A stretch of 41,040 bases of DNA from Methylomarinum sp. Its GTDB lineage: Bacteria; Pseudomonadota; Gammaproteobacteria; Methylococcales; Methylomonadaceae. The position numbers were made by a program, and so were the translations under genes. The notes under the pieces were generated by a model. The model saw only the letters and a program-made list of their open reading frames with translations. It did no database searches and was not told the origin of the DNA. Positions 33,072-39,310 of the stretch are shown in pieces. Location: positions 1 to 41,040 of the forward strand of contig DAOVVZ010000001.1 in NCBI GenBank assembly GCA_030636915.1, given 5' to 3'. Position 1 is the stretch's first letter. The number at the start of each line of letters is the position of its first letter.

Positions 33072-34399
33072 TATAAAACACCTTTGAAAGTTGAGCTTTT
33101 TATCGCACCGTTAAAACCACTTGTTTTATTCAGTATACCATTAATATTAATATTTTTTACTGTACCTGTAAATCCGCTAGTTTCTTTTATACTCCCTGAA
33201 AATAATATTTCTTTTAATACACCGCTAAAAGTTGAAGATATTATAACCTGAGAATTTATAATTGGGTTTAAAGCTGTATAGTTAGTGTTTACAGTATCTT
33301 CTGTAATTGTAATTGTGCCTGATAATATTATTACAGGATCAAGACTTGTGTAATTCGTGTTTACCGTTTCTTCGGTTATAACTATTGTATCAGTAGGCGT
33401 TAAAGTTATTGTTGGATTTAGTGCTGTATAGTTAGTGTTTACAGTATCTTCTGTAATTGTAATTGTTGCAGTTAAAGTTATCGTTGGATCTAAGCTTGTG
33501 TATGAAGTATTAACAGTATCTTCAGTTACCGTAATTGTGCCAGTTAAAGTTATAGTTGGATCAAGTACCGTGTAATTAGTGTTTACCGTATCTTCTGTTA
33601 CAGTTATTCCACTACTAACCTCTAAAAAGGCACCAATAAACCCTTGCGCGCCTGTTCCTGCTGTTGCTAGTGCTGAGGTTGATTTGGTTCTGTAATCTCC
33701 ACCTGCAAAATTAACTAACTCAGCACTAGTGAAGCCTGTTAATCCAGCATTGCCCGTTAAATCCTGAGTTGCATTTGTTATAAATACGCCTGTGTTACTG
33801 CTTATGTCATTGGTTGAGTGTCCGAAACAGAAGTTATTTTGAATTAGTACTGATGCATTTGATGCGAGTATACCCCATAAAGATGTACCTATAACCAAGC
33901 AATTCTCAACTTGATTTAAGAACGTGTTTGAGTTTGCAACAAATCCGAAATTACCCACACCATCAATAACGCAATTACGCATTATTTTATTTGTGTTTGT
34001 TGAGTTCTGGTTAGCCGCGTCACCTGTACCACTATGTGACAGAAAGCAGAATTCAACTAAAGTATCTTGCCCTGTTTGACTCATACCCTGATTAGACCCG
34101 GTGCCTATAGAGGCGATCCCAGATACAGAGCCATTAGGTGAGATAACATCAAAGCCAGCAGCTTGAGGGCATGTTAACTCGTTAGTTCCATTAAAATCCT
34201 CGCCAGACTTTGCGTAAACAGCGTAACCATGCGGGGTCGCACCTGAAAACATAGTGTTTGATACTGCTACAATTCCTGAACATACAGCCTCTATCAATGA
34301 TCCATAATCAGTGCCAGATTCGGCAGTCCACCACAATGCAAGCGTTGCATAGTCTTCACTACCGCCGTGACCCGCACCGACTAAACTAACTCTAGGCAT
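33071..34399 (-). CDS. Right-handed parallel beta-helix (pectate-lyase-like) protein, putative depolymerase/tailspike, with C-terminal tandem repeats
   Basis: 442 aa. It has repeated N-x-x-(I/V)-x-x-C/N rungs (IMRNCVIDGVGNFG, VENCLVIGTSLWG, IQNNFCFGHS). The canonical closing motif is present as LVNFAGGDYRTKSTSALATAG (compare FvD...gDyrL...SpaidaG). Then come five 24-26-aa repeats and six 9-10-aa F-x-G-x-(L/I/V)-K repeats. Confidence 0.65.
   Translation of the reverse strand: MPRVSLVGAGHGGSEDYATLALWWTAESGTDYGSLIEAVCSGIVAVSNTMFSGATPHGYAVYAKSGEDFNGTNELTCPQAAGFDVISPNGSVSGIASIGTGSNQGMSQTGQDTLVEFCFLSHSGTGDAANQNSTNTNKIMRNCVIDGVGNFGFVANSNTFLNQVENCLVIGTSLWGILASNASVLIQNNFCFGHSTNDISSNTGVFITNATQDLTGNAGLTGFTSAELVNFAGGDYRTKSTSALATAGTGAQGFIGAFLEVSSGITVTEDTVNTNYTVLDPTITLTGTITVTEDTVNTSYTSLDPTITLTATITITEDTVNTNYTALNPTITLTPTDTIVITEETVNTNYTSLDPVIILSGTITITEDTVNTNYTALNPIINSQVIISSTFSGVLKEILFSGSIKETSGFTGTVKNININGILNKTSGFNGAIKSSTFKGVL
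33257..33607 (-). repeat. In-frame tandem repeat, about 72-78 bp x 5 (ITVTEDTVNTNYT(A/S/V)L(D/N)PTITLTGT units)
   Basis: Five consecutive units are visible in the translation. At DNA level 33272-33316 and 33422-33466 are identical 45-mers 150 bp (two units) apart. Confidence 0.85.
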
Positions 34400-34697
34400 T
34401 CGTATCCTCTATGTATTGAAGTAAGGTTATTTCGTCTGCTGATATAATACCTTTCTCTAAAAGCTCAGTATAAAACGGGTTTCCTAGCGGCGGTATTGCG
34501 TATCTTTTTACACCGTTAACTAAGTCGTCATTTAACTCTTGAGATATATCAGCTATAACTCTTACATAGTCCTTATGTAACACTTTTACCTGTAAACCTT
34601 CGAATACATCAACGGGTAAAGACTCGATTACATCACCAACAACTTTACTTATGTTAGGCTTGTTAACTCTTAGTATTACGTGCTTAAAAACTGGCAT
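34392..34697 (-). CDS. Hypothetical protein (first gene of the accessory fibre module)
   Basis: 101-aa ORF overlapping the next gene by 8 nt. Confidence 0.55.
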   Translation of the reverse strand: MPVFKHVILRVNKPNISKVVGDVIESLPVDVFEGLQVKVLHKDYVRVIADISQELNDDLVNGVKRYAIPPLGNPFYTELLEKGIISADEITLLQYIEDTNA

Positions 34698-34724
34698 CCA
34701 GCCCCCTCTTATCCTTTATCTATT

Positions 34725-34937
34725 TTATTTAGTGAAGTGTTCTTTTTTAATATCTAACACATGCTTAACCATGAGAACAACGAGAATAGCCAAGCCTAGA
34801 ATGCTAGTAGTTATTTTTACAGCTGGCTCACCATAATCAAGCCACCAAACATTAGTATTCGATACCGCAGCAATAACGAGCGCTGTTTTGGGATGACTAG
34901 CTACTGCCTCTATCGCTTGTTTCGCTTCTTCTTTCAT
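34725..34937 (-). CDS. Small membrane protein, holin-like (2 hydrophobic segments)
   Basis: 70 aa. TALVIAAVSNTNVWW and ITTSILGLAILVVLMV segments, charged C-terminus KHVLDIKKEHFTK. ATGA overlap with the upstream gene. Confidence 0.4.
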   Translation of the reverse strand: MKEEAKQAIEAVASHPKTALVIAAVSNTNVWWLDYGEPAVKITTSILGLAILVVLMVKHVLDIKKEHFTK

Positions 34938-35404
34938 CGTTTTGTTTCTTTTGGCGCTTGTGTTTTATACATTGTAACACGCGTTTGAATGCCATTAAAG
35001 ATACGAGACTTAGCCATAATATGTTGTATATAACATCTAAGTCCATTTAGGAGCCTCGTAGGGAGTATTGTTATTGTCTGTAATGCAAGAATTAATAACG
35101 CTATATTATCATACAAATCAGGGTCGTAGTAGTTGTACCAAAGGAAGAACCCTAAGACGTTACACAAAACTAAGCTATAACTACATATAGCGGCATGCGT
35201 GTTTCTAGGCTGTAAGATAATTCCTACAATTAAATTCATAAATGCGGCGTATGAGTAGTAAAGGATATCTGGAGCTTTAACGATAAATGATGCATAAAAT
35301 AAATAAGCGATCACTAAAACAAAAGCGTCAATTGATGACGCCTTGTCTTTACTAAATAAAAGCAGACATATGATTGAAAATAATATCCACTGTACGGTGT
35401 TCAT
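34934..35404 (-). CDS. Polytopic membrane protein (4-5 TM)
   Basis: 156 aa with multiple hydrophobic stretches (WILFSIICLLLF, FVLVIAYLFYASFIV, AAFMNLIVGIIL, YSLVLCNVLGFFLW, IALLILALQTITIL). Confidence 0.55.
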   Translation of the reverse strand: MNTVQWILFSIICLLLFSKDKASSIDAFVLVIAYLFYASFIVKAPDILYYSYAAFMNLIVGIILQPRNTHAAICSYSLVLCNVLGFFLWYNYYDPDLYDNIALLILALQTITILPTRLLNGLRCYIQHIMAKSRIFNGIQTRVTMYKTQAPKETKR

Positions 35405-35529
35405 TATTTATTAGCCGCTCTACGTCTACGCGCTGCTGCCGCTTTTTTCCTTGCTGCTTCTGCTGCCTTTTGTTCATCTGACACAATTGGTTGTGGTGGC
35501 TTGCGCCTTCTTCCGTTTCCTGAAGTCAT
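35404..35529 (-). CDS. 41-aa Arg/Lys/Ala-rich small protein
   Basis: Hand-read ORF MTSGNGRRRKPPQPIVSDEQKAAEAARKKAAAARRRRAANK. AAGGG RBS upstream; the stop overlaps the next ATG by 1 nt. Confidence 0.35.
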   Translation of the reverse strand: MTSGNGRRRKPPQPIVSDEQKAAEAARKKAAAARRRRAANK

Positions 35530-35561
35530 AATTTACCCTTTAGTTAGTTTAGTTAATTATA

Positions 35562-35951
35562 TCACACTATCTCTATCAAGAATCTATCGGGCAATATGTC
35601 CAATAAATTACGTAATGTGTTTTTACTGTTCGTTACGTCTGGAATAGTATCGCTATCTAAAAACTTGATTGAGTCACCGACCGCAACACAGCCTTTAATT
35701 TGCCTTGTGTAGTTTGCGGAATGTATTTGTATATGAGTTCTATCCATCACGTTAATAATAGCTATACAGTTGCCGTTAGCTCTACTTGTGTACTTCTCGC
35801 CTTGATAAGCTCCTGCCGCCGGTATACAGCTAATATTAGTTTTATTATCTAACCATGGTAACTCTAATGTAAAACATTGAAAGTCACCAAAAGTTAAGCG
35901 TCCTACCGTACAATCATCAAAATATTTTCTATCTATTTTTAAAGTGTCCAT
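35562..35951 (-). CDS. DUF5675-family protein (conserved His/Cys pair; candidate peptidoglycan-active enzyme)
   Basis: 129 aa. TLELPWLDNKTNISCIPAGAYQGE and HIQIHSANYTRQIKGCVAVG match the family hallmarks I recall (ELPW.nN....SCIP.G.Y ... I.iH..N.....kGCI). Confidence 0.75.
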   Translation of the reverse strand: MDTLKIDRKYFDDCTVGRLTFGDFQCFTLELPWLDNKTNISCIPAAGAYQGEKYTSRANGNCIAIINVMDRTHIQIHSANYTRQIKGCVAVGDSIKFLDSDTIPDVTNSKNTLRNLLDILPDRFLIEIV

Positions 35952-36070
35952 ATTGAATATCCTATGCTAATTAATACGCCTATTGATATTACCAAATTTA
36001 CGACTACCCACCATTTAACAAATGAACTGCATACAGATACACTATGCTTGTTTTGATTGTGAGTAGTCAT
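35939..36070 (-). CDS. 43-aa single-TM protein
   Basis: Hand-read ORF MTTHNQNKHSVSVCSSFVKWWVVVNLVISIGVLISIGYSIWTL. AAAGGA RBS upstream. It overlaps the DUF5675 start by 13 nt. Confidence 0.35.
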   Translation of the reverse strand: MTTHNQNKHSVSVCSSFVKWWVVVNLVISIGVLISIGYSIWTL

Positions 36071-36084
36071 GATTTATCCTTTAG

Positions 36085-36399
36085 TTAACGTTGACCTTTA
36101 AAGCCGCCTGATTGTTGTCCTTGTTGAGAAAAGCCACCGCTTTGATGCCCTTGCTGTTGACCTTGTTGGCTGTTGTTTTCCTCGTAAATACCACACATTA
36201 CATTATCACGCATTTGACCGCCTTTTTTAAACTCTAATGCGTTCTGCTTTGCCAGTACACCAGCTAGGCTTACAGATGGGTCTAATAACAAAAACTCACC
36301 GTTGTCATTATTTAAAATCACACCTATTTGAACATACTCACCTTTAGTATCACTGTCTTTTTGATACTCGCCTACTTTTGCACTTAACCGTTTAGTCAT
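36085..36399 (-). CDS. Small protein with a Gly/Gln-rich C-terminal tail (possible OB-fold/ssDNA-binding partner of ERF; uncertain)
   Basis: 104 aa. A beta-rich core (KGEYVQIGVILNNDNGEFLLLDP) is followed by SQQGQQQGHQSGGFSQQGQQSGGFKGQR. The position downstream of ERF is typical for SSB genes, but the canonical acidic SSB tip is absent. Confidence 0.25.
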   Translation of the reverse strand: MTKRLSAKVGEYQKDSDTKGEYVQIGVILNNDNGEFLLLDPSVSLAGVLAKQNALEFKKGGQMRDNVMCGIYEENNSQQGQQQGHQSGGFSQQGQQSGGFKGQR

Positions 36400-36423
36400 T
36401 TTCTTTGCTCCTTATTGTTGAAT

Positions 36424-37104
36424 TTACATGTTTTTAGCTTGTTCTATTAACTCGTTAGCCTTTGCTATCAAGGCTTTCTTTTTCTCTTCTTGTTCGCTAT
36501 CAACACGAACATCGATACCGCTTATTTCTAAAAACTTATCGGCGTTAAAGTTTGGTATATTAAAAATCTTTTTGCGGTCTTCTTCGGATGCTTTACTGTA
36601 AGACTCTTTAAACGCTTCTTGGTAGCCTTTCCTTTTAAGATATCCTTCTGTGTTTCCGTATTCTGGATTTTCTTCTTTTTCTTTATCTGTCATTTCTGAC
36701 ATAGGAACCCATACAGTTAAATGAAAATAAATAAAATTAGGTTTTGAGCAGTTATTCCAATCTTCTTTGCTTGTCATTACATCAAAAATATTAACTTGAT
36801 CAGGTGTTGTTGTATTGAAGTAGCCAGTGTTCCAGTTGCCAGTGTTCCAGTTGCCAGTGTTCCAGTTGCCAGTGTTCCAGTTGCCAGTGTTCCAGTTGCC
36901 ATTGTTCAGGTTGCCAGTGTTTTGGTTGCCAGTGTTCCAGTTGCCAGTGTTCCAGTTGCCATTGTTTTGGTGGCCAGTGTTTTGGTCGCCAGCGTTACGG
37001 TTGCCAGTGTTTTTGTCGCCAGCGTTACTGTAGCCAGCGTTACGGTAGCCAGCGTTCCAGTCGCCAGTGTTTTGGTCGCCAGTGTTTTGTTTTTTAACTT
37101 TCAT
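36424..37104 (-). CDS. Pentapeptide-repeat protein (18-19 x-N-(T/A/N)-G-x units) with a ~120-aa globular C-terminal domain
   Basis: 226 aa, QNTGD QNTGD WNAGY RNAGY ... WNTGN x5. In the register (G/A)(N/D)(W/Q/R/L)(N)(T/A) it fits the A(D/N)LXX pentapeptide consensus. The C-terminus is ...FIYFHLTVWVPMSEMTDKEKEENPEYGNTEGYLKRKGYQEAF...NIPNFNADKFLEISGIDV. Confidence 0.8.
   Translation of the reverse strand: MKVKKQNTGDQNTGDWNAGYRNAGYSNAGDKNTGNRNAGDQNTGHQNNGNWNTGNWNTGNQNTGNLNNGNWNTGNWNTGNWNTGNWNTGNWNTGYFNTTTPDQVNIFDVMTSKEDWNNCSKPNFIYFHLTVWVPMSEMTDKEKEENPEYGNTEGYLKRKGYQEAFKESYSKASEEDRKKIFNIPNFNADKFLEISGIDVRVDSEQEEKKKALIAKANELIEQAKNM
36823..37092. repeat. 18 contiguous 15-bp tandem units (gccagtgttccagtt consensus), the first five identical
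   Basis: Counted unit by unit. 36823-36897 is five perfect copies and the later units diverge at 1-5 positions. In frame within CDS 36424..37104. Confidence 0.95.
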
Positions 37105-37128
37105 CTTTATTTCCTCTCTTATTAATAG

Positions 37129-37707
37129 TTAAATTGATTTAATTAAATCTCTGTACTTGTTTGAAACTTTAAACTTTTGAGCTATTTGATTTATAACTTG
37201 CTCAGGTGGTGTACCTTCTTTAATTGCTTGTGTCACACCTTCACTATCTGCTTGCCATGCTGCATCGTCATACCATGGCTTATCATCATCTTTCTTTTGA
37301 TTTGGTTTTTTATCATTACCTTGACTAGCTGCATTACCATCATCGTCTTCACTAGGAATTCCAGCGACAGCCTGTAAACTATATCGCTTGCAATATGTGA
37401 TAGCTGAGCCAGCCCCTTGCGCATCCTGCTTAGTTAACTGGACAGTAAAGCTACTACTTAACCATTCACCGCTAACGTGCATTAAAATCGTTTCTACGCC
37501 TATCCGCCCATTCTCTTCAATAGGAAACTGAACGTAACTTAAGCCGTTATTAAAAAATGGTTCTTTTACCACTTGGATTACAGAGCCTAAGTCAGCATAC
37601 GTACTCTTAAAGAATGGATTTTCAGCGCCTTTACTAGCCCCTCCCATTTCGTGTTGAGCTTTATTCATAGCAATAGCTATATTTTTAATTGATTCTGACT
37701 TATTCAC
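37129..37707 (-). CDS. erf: ERF-family single-strand annealing protein
   Basis: 192 aa. NPFFKSTYADLGSVIQVVKEPFFNNGLSYVQ and GSAITYCKRYSLQAVAGIPSEDDDG are hallmark ERF (P22 Erf family) motifs. GTG start with AAGGAG 8 nt upstream. Confidence 0.8.
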   Translation of the reverse strand: MNKSESIKNIAIAMNKAQHEMGGASKGAENPFFKSTYADLGSVIQVVKEPFFNNGLSYVQFPIEENGRIGVETILMHVSGEWLSSSFTVQLTKQDAQGAGSAITYCKRYSLQAVAGIPSEDDDGNAASQGNDKKPNQKKDDDKPWYDDAAWQADSEGVTQAIKEGTPPEQVINQIAQKFKVSNKYRDLIKSI

Positions 37708-37838
37708 TAGAATATCTCCTTTTCTTCATCTTTCTTTTTTAAAAATATGATTGCTTGCTGCTCAGGACTTGTTAAAGCATCACCATAAAAATAATATTGC
37801 TTACCTTTAATTGTTACTGCAACTGTTAACTCATCCAC
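37707..37838 (-). CDS. 43-aa small hypothetical protein
   Basis: Hand-read ORF (GTG start) VDELTVAVTIKGKQYYFYGDALTSPEQQAIIFLKKKDEEKEIF. It overlaps both neighbours (GTGGATGA and TAGTG junctions). Confidence 0.3.
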   Translation of the reverse strand: MDELTVAVTIKGKQYYFYGDALTSPEQQAIIFLKKKDEEKEIF

Positions 37839-38154
37839 GTTTACGCCCCTCATGTGCTTTAGTTGTAGTGTAAACATCTGTCGCTGTATTCGTGCTTACA
37901 GACTTATCTAATCGTTTTGCGCAATTGATCATCATTTCTTTAAGTTGCTTAGTGCAGTTTGTAACTATTAATAACTCACCGATAGCGTCTTTTTCTAAGA
38001 GATTTATATTACTCATGAAACCCTGAAGCCTAAAAAACTCTTTTTTGCAATTAGCTATTACTTGGTTACATTCTTCATCACTCGCTAGCATTATAAGTAT
38101 AGCGGGTATAGCCTTATATCCTGTGCTTAGACTCATATTAGTCTGTGTTTTCAT
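37831..38154 (-). CDS. Hypothetical early protein
   Basis: 107-aa ORF. ATGA overlap with the upstream small ORF. Confidence 0.6.
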   Translation of the reverse strand: MKTQTNMSLSTGYKAIPAILIMLASDEECNQVIANCKKEFFRLQGFMSNINLLEKDAIGELLIVTNCTKQLKEMMINCAKRLDKSVSTNTATDVYTTTKAHEGRKRG

Positions 38155-38324
38155 TTCGTATCACTCCAAAGTAAGAACCCTTCAGCTATCAACATAACAA
38201 TATTATTCTCTATTCCATGACGACCATCTAACTGAATTAATTTAGATGTACTTTTCTTTTTAACTATAATTGTTTCATCCATTAAAGGATCGATTACATC
38301 TACACTTAACCATTCAATACTCAT
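38151..38324 (-). CDS. 57-aa small early protein (first gene of the leftward transcript)
   Basis: Hand-read ORF MSIEWLSVDVIDPLMDETIIVKKKSTSKLIQLDGRHGIENNIVMLIAEGFLLWSDTK. It lies about 30 nt downstream of the leftward promoter. The RBS is weak. Confidence 0.4.
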   Translation of the reverse strand: MSIEWLSVDVIDPLMDETIIVKKKSTSKLIQLDGRHGIENNIVMLIAEGFLLWSDTK

Positions 38325-38355
38325 TTTATTAATCCATTTCGTTCCGATGTGATTA

Positions 38356-38384
38356 ATACTAGCGTACTACTTTTAATCGTGCAA
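38356..38384 (-). promoter_or_regulatory. Leftward sigma70-like promoter of the long minus-strand transcription unit
   Basis: Minus strand: TTGCAC (rc 38379-38384), 17-nt spacer, TAGTAT (rc 38356-38361). Confidence 0.5.
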
Positions 38385-38390
38385 GCGATT
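38375..38390. promoter_or_regulatory. Palindromic candidate operator AATCG-n6-CGATT
   Basis: 38375-38379 is the reverse complement of 38386-38390. The palindrome covers the -35 of the leftward promoter. Confidence 0.35.
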
Positions 38391-38419
38391 CATCAAATTA
38401 ATTTCAATCTTTCCATTAT

Positions 38420-38448
38420 TTGACAAAGATGGCACAAGCTGTTAGATT
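38420..38448 (+). promoter_or_regulatory. Rightward sigma70-like promoter
   Basis: TTGACA (38420-38425), 17-nt spacer, TAGATT (38443-38448). About 30 nt upstream of the HTH gene, which has an AGGAA RBS. Confidence 0.55.
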
Positions 38449-38477
38449 TAACACATACAAACAACTTAGGAATAAAT

Positions 38478-38678
38478 ATGGATTTAAAGACTATAGTAAG
38501 AACAGCAGCAGTAAAGAAAGACATAAACGGCGTCATGGATATGGCTAAGGCTTGCGGATTGAGCTATGAGAGAACATCTCGCGTTTGGTGTGGCAGTAAA
38601 GAGGCTAAGTTGAAAGATGTTGAGACTGTGCTCACTACGCTAGATGTTGAAATTAAATTTATTAAGAGGGCTATCTAA
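38478..38678 (+). CDS. Cro-like small HTH regulator
   Basis: 66 aa. MDMAKACGLSYERTSRVWCGSK is a typical HTH segment. First gene after the rightward promoter in a divergent-promoter region. Confidence 0.6.
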   Translation: MDLKTIVRTAAVKKDINGVMDMAKACGLSYERTSRVWCGSKEAKLKDVETVLTTLDVEIKFIKRAI

Positions 38679-39310
38679 TGAAAACAAAAGACTTAAACAA
38701 ACATATATTACTAGTCATAAAATGGTTAAACGATAAAAACTCTGTTACTCAAGATGAGTTAGTTGACAGCCGTAAAGATGCTTCTGCTGCTGCTGCTGCT
38801 TCTTATGCTGATGCTGTTGATGCTGCTGATGCTGCTGATGCTGCTGATGCTGATGCTGCTGATACTGCTGAAAAACGGGTAAATAAATATTTTGAGCGAA
38901 CAGGTAAAAACAAACAGGATTACATTGATGCTTTAAGCTTTGAATCTATACCCGTATATACAGCCGCTATGTGTGATGCAGGAGAGTTACCAAGTGTAGG
39001 TATGGAGTGTTTATTTAAAAAGCGCGGAGCATTAGAGTCAGGAACAGTAACCGCCATAACTAAGAGGTTTATTATTTTTACTGATTGGTTTGGTGATGAA
39101 CATGTAAGAAAAATAGATGAATTAACTATTGAACCACTTACTCCACCTATAAAGTTAATAGATGGTAAGGCTTATCAGTTTAAAGCTCATAAAAACAGAA
39201 AACCTGTAGATGGTTTTTATTCTGCCTATAAAGATGAGTTTGTTTATCTTCAAGGTACAGTAAGAAGCAATGATGCAATTAACATTAAACTACTTGAGGT
39301 GAAATCATAA
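38678..39310 (+). CDS. Hypothetical protein with an acidic Asp/Ala repeat tract
   Basis: 210 aa. Residues ~34-63 read DASAAAAASYADAVDAADAADAADADAADTAE. ATGA-type coupling to the HTH gene. Confidence 0.65.
   Translation: MKTKDLNKHILLVIKWLNDKNSVTQDELVDSRKDASAAAAASYADAVDAADAADAADADAADTAEKRVNKYFERTGKNKQDYIDALSFESIPVYTAAMCDAGELPSVGMECLFKKRGALESGTVTAITKRFIIFTDWFGDEHVRKIDELTIEPLTPPIKLIDGKAYQFKAHKNRKPVDGFYSAYKDEFVYLQGTVRSNDAINIKLLEVKS
38778..38870 (+). repeat. GCT/GAT trinucleotide microsatellite-like tract, including (GATGCTGCT)x3
   Basis: Read directly: gatgcttctgctgctgctgctgcttcttatgctgatgctgttgatgctgctgatgctgctgatgctgctgatgctgatgctgctgatactgctg. In frame. Confidence 0.9.

Noticed and set aside
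33257-33607. Diversity-generating retroelement (template/variable repeat) explanation for the repeated fibre segments
   Set aside because: No reverse transcriptase ORF exists in the genome. The repeats are adjacent in-frame units, and differences are not confined to adenine positions.
32486-34836. ORFs 32486..32686, 33057..33251 and 34651..34836
   Set aside because: They overlap well-supported fibre-module genes out of frame or antisense, with no independent signals.
36823-37092. Regular 15-bp repeat array that superficially resembles a CRISPR-like or satellite array
   Set aside because: The units are contiguous with no spacers, only 15 bp long, and lie in frame inside a 226-aa ORF with a good start and RBS. 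It is a coding pentapeptide repeat, not CRISPR.
36796-37125. Plus-strand ORFs 36796..37125 and 36827..37033 (VASVP... and FQLPV... repeats)
   Set aside because: They are antisense reading frames kept open only by the periodicity of the 15-bp repeat. They have no RBS and lie opposite a well-supported minus-strand gene.
37177-37424. ORFs 37177..37377 (+) and 37233..37424 (-) within the ERF gene
   Set aside because: The ERF frame carries hallmark motifs over its whole length. These are alternative-frame artefacts.
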